Assembly (NCBI RefSeq): GCF_036588685.1
Contig: NC_086378.1
Span: 33,046,001-33,110,000 of the forward strand
From: Mytilus trossulus
Lineage: Eukaryota
Length of the DNA: 64,000 nucleotides
Reading direction: 5' to 3'
Shown in pieces: positions 23,336 to 36,039 of the stretch. Position 1 is the first letter of the stretch. The number at the start of each line of letters is the position of its first letter. A program made the translations under genes and the position numbers. The notes under the pieces are model-generated. The model did no database searches. It was not told the DNA's origin and worked only from the letters and a program-made list of their open reading frames with translations.

Positions 23336-25970
23336 TTAAGTCGTGCGCGCTCGAAAAGGGGTACTTCATTTGGTCAATATTTTTATTTGGGTTAACCAAT
23401 AACTACATTAATAAACTTGTTTTTATGAAATCAATGCTAGCACTACATGCAATAATCTTATAACTATCAGTAATCAAATTGCGTAATGTGAGAGTATAAG
23501 GATAAAGGCTGTGGATTTTCTATAAAATTTCCATATGTTTAGCAATGATACAACAGAAGGGTACATAATCCTTAAATTGATAAAAGATATGTGAACCTTT
23601 AAAGCTGGAAAGTTGACTCGATTTTTTTTTCGCTTATTAACGCAGTTGAACAGTAATAATGTTAAATGAAGAATCACGGGCAATGAAATAAAATCTTCGA
23701 CTGTGTCTTTCACTACAACTCGAGACATATTGATTGTTATCGAAGGTACCAGGATTATAATTTAATACACCAGACGCGCGTTTCGTCTACATAAGACTCA
23801 TAAGTGACACTCAGATCAAAACAGTTAAAAACCCAAACAAATACAAAGTTGAAGAGCATTGAGGACCCAAAATTCCAAAAAGTTGTGCAAATTACGGCTA
23901 AGGTAATCTAGTCCTTGAGGTAAGAAAATCCTTAGTTTTTTCGAAAAATTCTAAGTTTTGTAAACAGAAAACTTATAAAAATGACCATATATTGACATGG
24001 ACAATTAATATACACTCAATGGAAGATAACACCAAATAGAATATAACATTGTATACAATTCATTGTAAAACATAAAATAAAAAAGTATTGACATTGTAAG
24101 TTTAAGCACTTGTCATTAAAATTAAGGGGTGTATCGAAATCGTTTTTAACCGGTTCGTTCGTAAGATTTCCATCTTCATTGATACATAAACATAAAAATA
24201 GAGTCTGAACAGTTTGATTTTGTTATGCCATATATCTTTGCCCCTAATTTGGTTTAATACAGCGGAGACTTCAAAATTTTGTATTTTTCTCAAATACTGT
24301 TCTTTTTCAATTTCATGGCAGTCTTTTAATCTAATTGCTACATGTTTCCCTTTTTATAGATATATTTCACTTGTATTTTCATGTTTCTTGACTTTGCAAT
24401 CTCAATCATATCAAATATAAGTTCAATGCCAGAAATATCAACCAATATTTATTGTATAAGAACTTTGAATGGCAAGGTGAACTGAGGCCTTCAAAGCATT
24501 CTGAAATTTGAACAGACGTTTCTACCTTTAATTGAAAACATGGTTTGGTTCACTTAAAGCCCTTTTCCGGAGATAAGTTTAATTTACACAACCCCCATTA
24601 GTTCTACGGAAATCATGATTATATTCGATTGACCGATAGGGAAAATCTAAGTAACACGAAATCATTGATATGTAGTAGTCATAATAACGTCATATTTTTT
24701 ATTTTTGCTTTATTACTATCAATATTGCATTACTTAATTGTCATTCAATAACCTCGTTTCTATAATGATATTGTAACCTACTAAAATTCTTACTTTAATT
24801 AAATTTCTAAAGTTCTTAACTCGTTGAGGGTCATGCATTCGTATCGACAACAACCGCAAAATCTTAAAACTACGTGTGTTCCATTCTGAAATCTTAAATT
24901 GTATTCTATGCATAGGACTTGTGTCTACTTCTACCAGTGAAGTTGAAGCAAGTATTCTCGGGCTAGTGGCTTGGTCTGGGTTATTATCTATCGGTGACAT
25001 CTCGTTGTTTTCGTCTTTAAAGTAGCCATTCTCTCGATTAGATAAGCACCGAATGTATATTTCCTTTAATCAACTATACTTGTGCCATATGTAGTGCGAT
25101 CATTTGTGGTCAAAAATCCAAAGTGATCGAACGTACTCAAGGAAAGATTCGAAGAGTAGTTTAGATAATTACAAATCATATAAAAGTGTCATGAGTACGG
25201 TGTGAAAAAAAAATAATTAAAAAGCACTATTGCGGATAATTGCATTAACTGCTGATCTTTATGAGGAAAAGAACTTTTCTAGAAGATAAAATTAGCTAAA
25301 TGGGGAATCAAATTAAACGATATGGGGTCCCTTAATTTACACAAAAAATTCATTTCAATGCAGTTTGTAACTTTGCCAAATAATGTACCTTGTTACATGA
25401 TTCACTTTATACATTTTATCTAAGGAAAAAAAAAATTCGCAATTTATAGATTCTTCTATTTAAACAAAGTTTATCAATTTTTCTTAACGCTTGTTAGACA
25501 TAAGACCAAACATTAGACATGAAGCTAAGAACTTTAGTGTCAAAAAAATATTCTTAAAATGTTCTTTTGAGGCATTTTTTAATATGAAACATACTAAGGT
25601 TTACTTTTTTTTCTTCTCTGAGAATTGCTTACCGATTTTAATCACGATGATATGACAGTTAAGATGAAAAGTTATATGGTGTATTTCAATCAATTAAAAA
25701 TTTAAATATTTTTCAGCAAAGGGCAGTGAAAATAACTTTTCATCATAATTAAATTAATAAAGTTAACCCTTATTTTATTGAAATGAGGATTCCTTTTTGA
25801 TTGCAAAAATGAATATACACTTCTTATACTGGTATTTATTTATAAAACTAGAATTGTTAACAGACATTTAAATGGGTTTTTTTAATTAGGGGTTTTGATT
25901 TTTTTTCAAACTATTAAAAAAAAATATGATTCTGATTAAAAAATAAATGAACTAACCTTAATTGTGTTAT

Positions 25971-26130
25971 AGATAATGCATATTTTAAGGTTTTTCTTGT
26001 CGTAGAACACACCGAGGGGTGTCAGGGTTGATCAAATGAAAGACCGACCGGAGGGAGGTCTTTCTTTGAACAATCCTGACACCCCGAGGTGTGTTCTACG
26101 ACAAGAAAAACCTTAAAATATGCATTATCT
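25971..26130. repeat. 160-bp near-perfect hairpin, probably the end of a Crypton-like non-autonomous element
   Basis: 43-bp perfect outer stem, then ~30 bp with symmetric mismatches and an 11-nt loop. Confidence 0.85.
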
Positions 26131-28192
26131 GACTTATATACCGTCAAAAAATATTAATTTTATAAAGATTTGTAAAATTAGTATCCTCTTTTACCGTCAA
26201 CAATAAAGTGGGATATTCCTTTCTAATGCGGTCAGGTTTTAATACGCCCTGCGGCTCATTTAAAATGTGAAATAAAACTCACTAAATAATTTAGATATAA
26301 ACCTTTTAAAAATTGTTATCCATACACAATAAAAATATAACTGTAACTGCATGAAGTAAGACACAAACGAATTGTTACAATTCAATAACGGTGTATGACA
26401 AATACAAGACACATTGTAAGTTATTTATTGTACCACTTAGCAGAAAAGGGGGAGGGGGTATTTTATTTTATTTTTCGTTTTGTTATGTTATTTCTATCGC
26501 GAGAAAGGAAAGTTGTTATTCATTTAACCATTTTACATGAATCGAATGAAAAATTCAGAAAGATTGTTTTTCGAATAGCAATACATTTTATTAAAAGATA
26601 ATCAGGATAAAATTATATACCCTCCGCACCCGACCCTTTTGTGAGTTACGTTAATGTTATTCAATAGAATATAAGATTATTTTATTAGTTGATCATTTGA
26701 TAGAGTAAAAGGTATACATACATTTTAAAAAGTTATGAACTGACACGAAGACGAATATAAATACATGTAGGTTACAGTATGAGATCCTATTCAGTGTGTA
26801 TCGTTCTGAACGTGCATGAAATATTTGCCACTGGACGTTAAGCAATCAACCTATTCAGTTTGACTCAATAATAGTCATCAAAGGTACCAGGATTATAAGA
26901 TTTTCAAAATCTTACACACGAATATGTTAAATCTGGATTTATTTTATGAAAGTCTACATTAAAATTCATCTGACCTATATGATAATGTTTCTTTATTATA
27001 GCGATAAATCAACAAAACTTCACGTTATTTGTTTCTAAAATTAAATTGCGGGTCTACAATGACGGTTTCTTTTACATCTATCATCCGTTGAACTTTAGAA
27101 AATAAATTTCCAAATCGGCAACAAAAAACTATTAGATGAATAAAATTTTGAAGTAAATCATAGATTGCATGTTTATCAAGGAAAATAATGACCTTACACA
27201 GGTAATTATTTTATGCCTTGGAGCATATACCTTTGAAACATGGTATCGTCCGGGTAGATTCTGAAAAAGAATGACCTGACGTTCTGAAAGAAAATAACTC
27301 CATAAAGGTATATAATGACTAATAACAGATGATTATTGTAGATTCATCAAGTAAATTATCGGCCATACTTTTATATATAGAAAGTTGGAAAAGATCTTCT
27401 AATCCTTAATTAATTACTAATCATTGATCTTTCAGACACAATTTACACAATAACTTTATGTAGCGTAGATCAAAACTAAAAGACAATAAGTAAATCTCTC
27501 ATCTCTATATATCAAACATCTAATATATTAGTTGGTATCTTCAATTATGAGGACAAATATATGTGTATTGAGATATATATTGAAGGGTCTGTATAATTAT
27601 GTAAGACTGGGGTTGATTAGTTATGTGGTCAATATGACTGGAGGTGGGACATTGTAAGTACCCACATTGTCTATGATTGTTTGGTGATCATGACAGGTGT
27701 CAATCATACTAGTATTGTATCATTACCCAATCACATAATCAAAATGTAAGAAAAGCCTGCACATCAACTCACCTACAAGATAAACATTCTGGAATGAATT
27801 GCTTCAAAAATATCCAAAATTGTTCACATTTTATATGTGAATATATCCACAGAATTATAGGGAACCATATTTCAGTGTGTATACATTTCATAGATTTAGT
27901 AGCTAAGCTGTGTTTGTTGCTAGAGAAGCCAGTGCCTTAGGAAAGATTTAGAACAAGTTCCAATCTTTCCAAAAAATAGGGATAAATGTTTTAATGAACA
28001 TTTATAAAATATTCGTTACGTTAAATTGCTTTCTTGTAATTGCATCCAAAGGAAATAAAACAACATAAACAGGTACGTGACAAAAATAAAAAAATATATA
28101 TTAAAGGTATTTTGGGTTTTTTAACAGCAGAGCACAGACAGGAAACTCAATCCAACCGTAAGTACATCATTTGTAAACATAAGGAATAATAA

Positions 28193-28439
28193 CAGCCGAT
28201 TCCTATGAATGTGTATGTAAAGTTAATATCTTTGATTAGCTTGTTTGCTAGCTGAACCGTGAAGTCATCATTATGTAAGGAAACTACCCTTCTTTCTACA
28301 GATCGATTGGTTATTTTTCAGACTAGTCTACTTTTAAAGGAGGATAATTTACCTTACCAAATAATGACCTCACGGTTCAGCCAACAAGCAAGCTAATCAA
28401 AGATATTACCTTTCCCTACACACTCAATGGAATCGGCTG
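28193..28439. mobile_element. PIF/Harbinger (Tourist-like) MITE
   Basis: ~80-bp imperfect TIRs CAGCCGATTCC..GGAATCGGCTG, TAA on both sides; absent from the paralogous site at ~50228. Confidence 0.8.
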
Positions 28440-29054
28440 TAAATATTAGAACAGTTTAGCACTAGAAAACGCTTGCTATATATCTGTTATAGAATTTGTA
28501 TCTAATTTTGTCATGGTATTTTATTTTATACTAATATCAATCAACTTCTTATTGATTTTTTTTAATTCTAATATTTCTTATTATACCACATCTTCTAATT
28601 TTTAAATAGCCGCATTAAAGTCTTTTTACGCTCATCCGACGTAAGTTTTAAAGCAACCAACAATCAATCAATCAATCTTAATTTTATAAAAATTAGATCA
28701 TGCTCATCTCTGGGTCGAACATTGGGTAACCTTTCATTTGCGTTAACATTAATCTTATATTTTTAGTCTAAATATTTAGTTTGTTAGACATACGTTGGTA
28801 GAAATACAAAGAGTTGACATGAATGCCAATGAGACAGCTCTCCAACTGAGTCACAATTTGTTAAAGTAGATTATTATAGATCAAAGTACTGTCTCGAACA
28901 TGAAGCCTTCAGTTGGCTCACACACAACAGAAAACTATAAAGGGCCTGAAAAAAATGCTTATTTAAAACCATTCAAACAGGAAAATCAAGGGTCAAATCT
29001 ATACAAAAAAGGAGAAACGATAAACATCTTTTTATAGTGTGTCTTTCTATGTTC

Positions 29055-29206
29055 CATTGTCGGATCCAGGGGGGGGGTCCGGGGGTTGGAATCCCCCCTT
29101 TGTTTTGGCAGATCAATGCATTTGAATGGGAGCATATAGCTGGAACCTCCCCTCCCCCCATTTTACTCTGGGTTGGTTTTTTTTTAAGTGGCTTGATCCG
29201 CCCCTG
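29055..29206. mobile_element. hAT-like MITE
   Basis: CAttGtCGGATCcAG ... CTtGATCCGCCCCTG termini, GC-rich; no TSD visible. Confidence 0.55.
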
Positions 29207-30767
29207 TGATCTGATGTAACACTATTATTTCAGGTAAGGATAATGTAAGTACCTGTATTTAAAACAATTAATAACACAAATGAATCATGCATCAAAGACT
29301 AAAATCTAATTTCGAAATCACATCCAAGGGATTTAGTATTTTAACGTCATGGACAATATATTATAATCAATGCATATAACACGATGCTTCATAAAACATA
29401 ATGCATTACATTACAGAGAAAATTGATATAACCAACAACAAACATTATCATTGCAGGCTAATATTTCATGGTATCTTACACATGACAAAACATTTACTGG
29501 TCTTTCTAAGGAGGATATTGTCAATGATTTCCCAGTAGAATTTCTAAGGAACTGTAGGAGTCAATAAACTGTAAGTAATGATGTTGTTTATTCTAAAGTA
29601 AGAATATATAGTTTAAGAATTTTTATAACTCCAATGCCGTTACTTCCAATGTAGTTGAAATGATGCTTTGATTTTATGGCATATATAAGAAAAAAATGGG
29701 AAATGCAGTGCTGGAAACATTTTTGCATTTTCATATCAAAGAACTAAGTAATGCATACTTTGAATATGAATATTTAATGTTGACGTGCAGCTTCTGTACT
29801 TTTATGTAAACTACATTAGGTATCGAACTCTCTGTCTGGTTGCCATCGCCATCAAACCGGCATTTTGGTTCTGAAATTATCTTTTTTCCTGCGACATAGT
29901 TTTTGGACCACTATTGACATTGCCAGCTGGTTCTTGCTCGTATGAGAGATTTTTTCTGCCCTTCGAAGTTGTCATAAACGATGATCGAGGACATGTGGTT
30001 TAGCCATGCTCCGCGTCCATCGTACGGACAATGTCGGGCAAGTGAACGCAGAAGCTGTTGTCAACCGATTAGCTCTTCGTGGCAAAAGACAGGTCAAACT
30101 AACATTCACATACACTGACTCGGTTCCACTCTTTTGCTTTTTCAAAGTGTCAGGAGCCTGTAGTTTAGTGGTTGTCGTTGGCTTGTGTCTGTCATATTTG
30201 GTTTTTTCGTAAATTGTTTTGTTATCAATTAGGCCGTTAGTTTTCTCAATTGAATTGTTTCATATTTCTCATGTCGGTGCCATGTATAGCCGACTATACG
30301 ATATGTTTTTTTTTTCCATTGTTGAAGGCCGTACGATTGCTTACATCCACATAATTAACTTTGGTGGATAGGTATCTCATTGGCAATCATACTTTTTATA
30401 TGAAATATTTGCCACTGGGCATTAAGCAATCAACAGTCAAGAGTTAATCTAAGTGTTACAAATTAACTTGCAATGGTACTAAATATTAACAACCAGCGTT
30501 GAACAAACCGACGTTAATAAATGACTACTTAATCAATAGTTGAAGCACTAGGAAAACGTTTTTATGTTTTAATGCACGTTGTTATTTATGTGCTAAAATG
30601 CTCCATCTATTTTGTACATATGTGTAAATAATGAGCACATCCAATTATGTACACTTCAACATTAGCCTTTACTTTCTAAATACAACAGACCAAACACAAG
30701 TTTGGATACTTAATGGCGCAGTGACCACCTCGACGCACAAAGAAAGTAGACAGAAATATACATGTAA

Positions 30768-31787
30768 CTAAATTCCTAGATTCTAAGAAACTGATAAACG
30801 CTTTTGTAAATTTTCTTACACATATCCGTCTTTGGCTCTATCTAATTTCCAGCGGCCATGCATTTTAAATAATCTATCAGATATACCATTCTGAGCGGCG
30901 GCTGTTGCCCCTCCAGCTCTAAAGCTATGTAAACCAAAATCAGTTATACTACAGCCAAAATCAGCTAATGCCATAGATACGATTTCTCTAGTTCTAGTGT
31001 ACGACAAACATACATTTCTCTTTCTTAATGAAAATACATTGCGACTCTTAAAAAACGAGATCGATCTAAAAATATACATATCGGACTTCATATCTATATT
31101 GGCTTCATCTAAATAGTTTGAAAGTAAAGCAACAGGACATTGTGGACTTTCTAGCTTTGATATGAAAACATGGTTGTCTTTTCTTTAGCAATCTGTTTTG
31201 CTCCTCTCGACAAAATTATCTAATTAACCATCACAAAAACTTATATGTTTGGCTTTAATGGTACATAATTCATTAAAACGTAAAAAAACAGTATAAGCTA
31301 AAGAACAGATAGTAAGTAAACGTAAATCTTTGAGTGTGCTATTGGAAGTATTATATCTAGCAAACAATTTAATCATAATATCAGGTGTCACAGGTTCCTT
31401 TTTCTTAATAGGTCTAGAAAGTGTTCTTCTTGCTGACTCAACTATTGAAGAAATTTAATCTGAGTCGCAAGAATTTTTGACACCAGCTAAATTGTGTGCC
31501 CATCTGATACTATAAAATGCAGACTCAATTATACTAAAATGATTTGCAGATTCTATTAAATTTTGCAGATAAAGACCAACATAAATGTCTTTGCATGGTA
31601 AAATACAAGTTATTTCACGATACTTTTCTGTCCATTTTGGCAAATCTTTTAAAACCACCACTATATTTGTCTACTGTAGATTTACCTCTAGCATCAGTTA
31701 CAGTTGTTGCAAATTTTGTTAAAGCAAACGAAGCTCAGGATGTGCCACTTTTTCATTTTCAGACCAGAATCCAGTAGAAAATATTTT
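30768..31787 (-). pseudogene. DIRS tyrosine recombinase remnant
   Basis: Catalytic motifs LRFNEL (R), SKTD (K), HSFRAGGAT (HxxR), HGRWK, DGYV (Y); N-terminal SAFYSIRWAH; in-frame stops present. Confidence 0.9.
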
Positions 31788-32099
31788 CTGTAATCATATA
31801 AACACTCCAATAAAAAATGTATAGTATAATAAATACATACCGTTATGATTTCTATATGATCCTTTGACCAACACTACACAATGCAAATACGTAACACATC
31901 TTAGAAGATGTACGTCCAGTGACACTTAAAGATATGGTCCAGAGACCTCTAAACACGTTCATGGTCCAGCAACCTTTAAGGCAGTCCAGCGTAATCAGTA
32001 CATAAAAAACACCCAGTGGTGAAACATCTTTATCCACAATCTGTAAATAATAGCATATTAATTCATCTGAGAAACAACCAAACGAACAGCTAATAATAG

Positions 32100-34250
32100 C
32101 CCATTAAATGTCCCATTAGCGAACATAAAATTCTTATTATTGCCTGCAACTAAGATTCTGTCAATCTCATGAAATTCTAAAACATCTCTGACAAACCAAG
32201 CATATTCTAAATTTTCCTTAAATAAAAGAGGCCAAAACGCAGACGATGGCCATTTCGGAACGATTAATGTTCATACTGCCGTGCAGTTAATTAAATGATT
32301 GATGCATTAATTCCTAACTAGATTAACAGGAGGGACTAACCAATTATTATCCCCATTCCAATTACAAGTAAAATCATCAATTGCACTCGTAACCGGATTC
32401 CAAAATAGAGAATTAAATCTCCCGAGTTTCGCATTGTTCATATTAGCGAATCTATCAACTGTATGTAATCCCCATAAACTATCTATGAAATTGAAAAATT
32501 CAAACGAAATACCCCAATCGTCAATATCGACGATCCTACTCAAAGCATCTGATTTTTCGTTATCTTCCCTCGGGATCCATTGTGGATATCACGAAATATT
32601 AAAAGAAACACTAATACTAAATATTGACAAAGCCAACGTTTCTGATACTTTGCTACCTTTCTGAATAATACCAACAGCATATTGGTTATCTGTGAAAAAC
32701 GAAACTAAACTATTCGATAGTAAATGCTTAAAGCTATCTATAGACAGTTCAATAGCTTTCAATCCTCTCAAAGTGGAACTTTTTATAGCTTCATGTTGCA
32801 ACCACTGCTTATGCATGATATAATCAGAATTAGCTACAAAACCTGCAGCTGCACCATCACTGTCGTCGACGTCAGTGAACACTTTAAAATCTGAAATTTC
32901 TCGCAAGATTGCCACAGGCTTTAAACTTACGATATTTTGTCTCCAAAATAAAATTTCTTGTATAGAACCTGAATAAAAATTCAAATCTACAAATTGATCC
33001 CACTCATCTCTACTGTTAATCACTGAAAAAGTGCACCTAGTCATTATCTGCGTGACATTTCCTATAACTGGGGTAAAATATAAAAAAGAAGATGTGGTAT
33101 GATTGCCAATGAGTCAACTGTCCACAAGAGACCAAAATGACACAGACATTAACAACTATAGTTCACCGTACGGCCTTCAACAATGAGCAAAGCCCATACT
33201 GCATAGTCAGCTATAAAAGGCCCCGATAAGACAATGTAAAACAATTTAAACGAGAAAACTAACGGCCTTATTTATATAAAAAAAAAATGAACGAAAAACA
33301 AATATGTAACACATAAACAAACGACAACCACTGAATTACAGGCTCCTGACTTGGGACAGGCACATACATAAATAATGTGGCGGGGTTAAATAAAAGTAAT
33401 TATTTTACCACAAAATTTCGCAAGCAACCTTGTTTATAACTTTGTGAGGCTGTTCTCAAATGACTCCTGCTAAATCTACAAGATTTGCCACTTTCTCTGG
33501 AAGCAATTGAAAAAGACAAAGCTTCAAATCCCATATAAATCCAAGCCAGACTTAATTCTGAACAGGCCTCCAAATACACTTATCTTTTTTTGGCGACAAA
33601 TGCCGACAAAATTAAGTCCTGTTTCACCCGTATAGCTTGTTGGTCACATACCTGTTCTTCTTCTGCTAACGCCAAGCCATCATCCAAATAAACAGTTGTT
33701 ATCCTAATCCCATCCTTACGCCAATGTTTTACCAAAGGACGAACTACCTTTGTAAAAATATACCCTGCCGATGAAAGCCCAAATAGCAAAACAGTAAAAA
33801 CGTAATATTTTACAGAATTACCAAACTTCCATGAAAATCCCAAATATTTTTGATGATTAGGAAAGATATTTATGTGATGATAACCAGATTTAAGATCAAA
33901 AACGAACCCAAAACCATTCCAGTCCTCGAATTTGACCTTGCAATAACGTACCTGTTTGTTTACATGTCGTAAATCTAAAATCAAACGACCTTTACCCGAT
34001 TGACTTACAGATGCCGTTAAAGGATTTACAACAAAAGGTGCGTTCGACTCCTCACTGATCAAATTAGCATCTAACAAATCCTGTATAGCTTCCCTACAAA
34101 ATCTGAATTATCAAATGCAGATGTATTGTTTTTCGAAAAAATACACTTTCAGGTGCATTGATAAAAGGAATTTCATAACCAGAATTAATTATATCTAGAA
34201 TAAAATCTGAAGTATTGATGTTTTCCAAAAAGAAATAGAATTTTTCAGTC
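32100..34250 (-). pseudogene. DIRS pol remnant: RT + RNase H + adenine-methyltransferase-like domain
   Basis: RT: VVNPL, RLILDLRHVN, FDLKSGYHH, LLFGLSSA, VYLDDG. RNase H: VFTD..AAGF, KSST.R.LKAI, FTDNQ. MT: DDWGIS..WG.HTVDRFA..RFNS.FWNP..NNWLVPP. Interrupted by a repeat at 33079-33390. Confidence 0.9.
33079..33390 (-). mobile_element. Family-A SINE-like retro-repeat inserted in DIRS pol; other copies ~385-690, 3800-4070, 11385-11580, 12650-12780, 19299-19500, 28797-29030, 30150-30395, 36297-36489, 51733-51990, 62600-63000
   Basis: aagaagatgtggtatgattgccaatgag..ggctcctgacttgggacagg; TAAAA repeated at both sides; removing it restores CGKIITFTPVIG. Confidence 0.85.
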
Positions 34251-34349
34251 TATTATGTACATTAATAAAAAAAAAATGAACCGGATTCATATTCAAAATA
34301 AATTTGAAAATTGTCTAAGCTTTGTACCTGTAACATGTCCGAATTTCTT

Positions 34350-35114
34350 TTATGCAGCAGATCCTCTGGGAGCTGTGCAGTTACTGTTCCCTCCGTTCTT
34401 GCATTCCTTGGCCCAATGCCAATACAACCCATACTTGTAGCAAATGTCTCTGGCTTTTGATCTGACGAATCTTGAATTAGGGCCCGATGCCCCGCCAACA
34501 CGAAAGGGCGGCTGTGAAACAGTTGCAACACCATCAGCTCCACGAGCGACTGAAGACGGGCCACCTGCAGCTTCAGCGGGTCTTTTCTTTACACTCCTGT
34601 TACCGGTACTACCCTTCGTTACTTTCATTTTCTTCACGGCTCTGGTCTCTGCAGCTCGTATCTTCTTCTCGTCTCTGAATTGCTAGCTACCTCGTCAGAA
34701 AGATATTCGTCAACGGTTTTCCATCCTGCCTCTGACTTGTCCGCTATACGGATCAGTTTGTTTCTCTTGTTTAGCACCTTTTCCGACTTCTCCAACAACG
34801 AAACGGCCTCGGAATATCTCTTATGATGCAAGTTGTCTAAAGCGCCACTAACATTGTCTAAAATGTCTGAATTTAGATCAAACTGCACCTGATTTACTTT
34901 GTATCGTAAATTATTCTCGGTTTTTTTACTTTACGGGCTAAATCCTGAGTAGTGTCGGCGAAATTTCTTTCAATCCCCGACAATTTCTTACCAAAGTAGT
35001 TTTGCATCAGAGAAAGCAAATCAGCATTGGAAATCTCCTCATCAGGAACCGCAGCATGTGAAGCATTTCAGGTTGAATATCATTCAATAAGTTGTCTGGC
35101 TAAATATCGGACAT
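34350..35114 (-). pseudogene. DIRS gag-like ORF1 remnant
   Basis: KRNKLIRIADKSEAGWKTVDEYLSD..EKKIRAAE.RA and degenerate zinc knuckle ICYKYGLYWHWAKEC; frameshifted. Confidence 0.8.
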
Positions 35115-35713
35115 GAAGAAAATAAACTTCCACCTATATATATATATGACGTGCGATTATGTGGTCACTACCCAGTCCTCGATAACTAAAAACCCGTGCA
35201 ATTTACTTTTATACTGACCGCCAAACCGGTTAACGGCAATAGTTATACAACTTATACAAAATCCTTTTATAAAATTAAAGCGCAATTTCTTTCAAGTACC
35301 TTCCGCATACCGAACATAAATTCATTTGATATTGAAGTGTGAAGTACCGCCATTTAAAATAGAAAAATGTAAGAATCATGTTGATAAAAAAAAAAAAAAA
35401 CACTGCAGTTAAAAATAATATCTTATTGTCCCATTCTTATTCCTACATGTATCTGGTGTCTGTTTATTTGAAATCAGAAGTCGGTTATTTCATTTTTTAC
35501 TGTTTACAATGTACAATGTACCATGATGATACACATCACTTCACCTGTCCTTTAGATGTCCTTGGATAGCGGTTTTGGTCTATTCTATAATGCCGCAACA
35601 TGATCCCAATGTCTTCAATTATTTCCCCCATTATTGAACTGTCGTAAACGTTATTTGCGTTACTGGGGACATATCGCTAAAAGAGTTTCTGTACGTTGTG
35701 GCCTTTCAACGTT

Positions 35714-35846
35714 GACACGTTTTGGCGAAAAACAATTACCGGACACGTTTTGGTGATTTGGAATTTTTAGGACACGTTTGAGCGAAATAGACACATTTTG
35801 GGGGATCGGATACATTTGGGGGAATAGGCACGTTTGAGAGTGTTAC
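35714..35846 (+). repeat. Loose array of GACACGTTTTGG-like motif x6
   Basis: gacacgttttggcga, gacacgttttggtga, gacacgtttgagcga, gacacattttgggg, gatacatttggggg, ggcacgtttgagag. Confidence 0.7.
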
Positions 35847-36039
35847 ATTTATAATGAAAAAGTTATGATATATCATATAAAACAATTGTACTTATTGTTA
35901 ATTTGTTTTAGTCCTAAACATGTATGAAATATTTGCCACTGTACCCTTCGACAACAATAATCAATCATAATGCACGTGTATTAATACTTATCTGTTTAGT
36001 TATTTCTGTCTTAATTTTTAGTAATGAGAATATTCAGGA

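Larger units (their letters stand above)
30720..35170 (-). mobile_element. Decayed DIRS-order (PAT/Ngaro-like) tyrosine-recombinase retrotransposon
   Basis: Domain order gag, RT, RNase H, methyltransferase-like, tyrosine recombinase, all on the - strand with many stops and frameshifts; boundaries approximate. Confidence 0.92.

Noticed and set aside
29990-30140. WSC-domain-like Cys pattern (CEC..C..CPYDG) on the minus strand
   Set aside because: Needs frameshifts, and synonymous differences between the duplicates favour another frame.
34262-34686. Overlapping ORFs on both strands
   Set aside because: Alternative or antisense frames of the GC-richer DIRS gag remnant.
35714-35846. Repeat-spacer pattern resembling CRISPR
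   Set aside because: Repeats are only ~12-15 bp and degenerate, spacers are very short, the context is eukaryotic and there are no cas genes.
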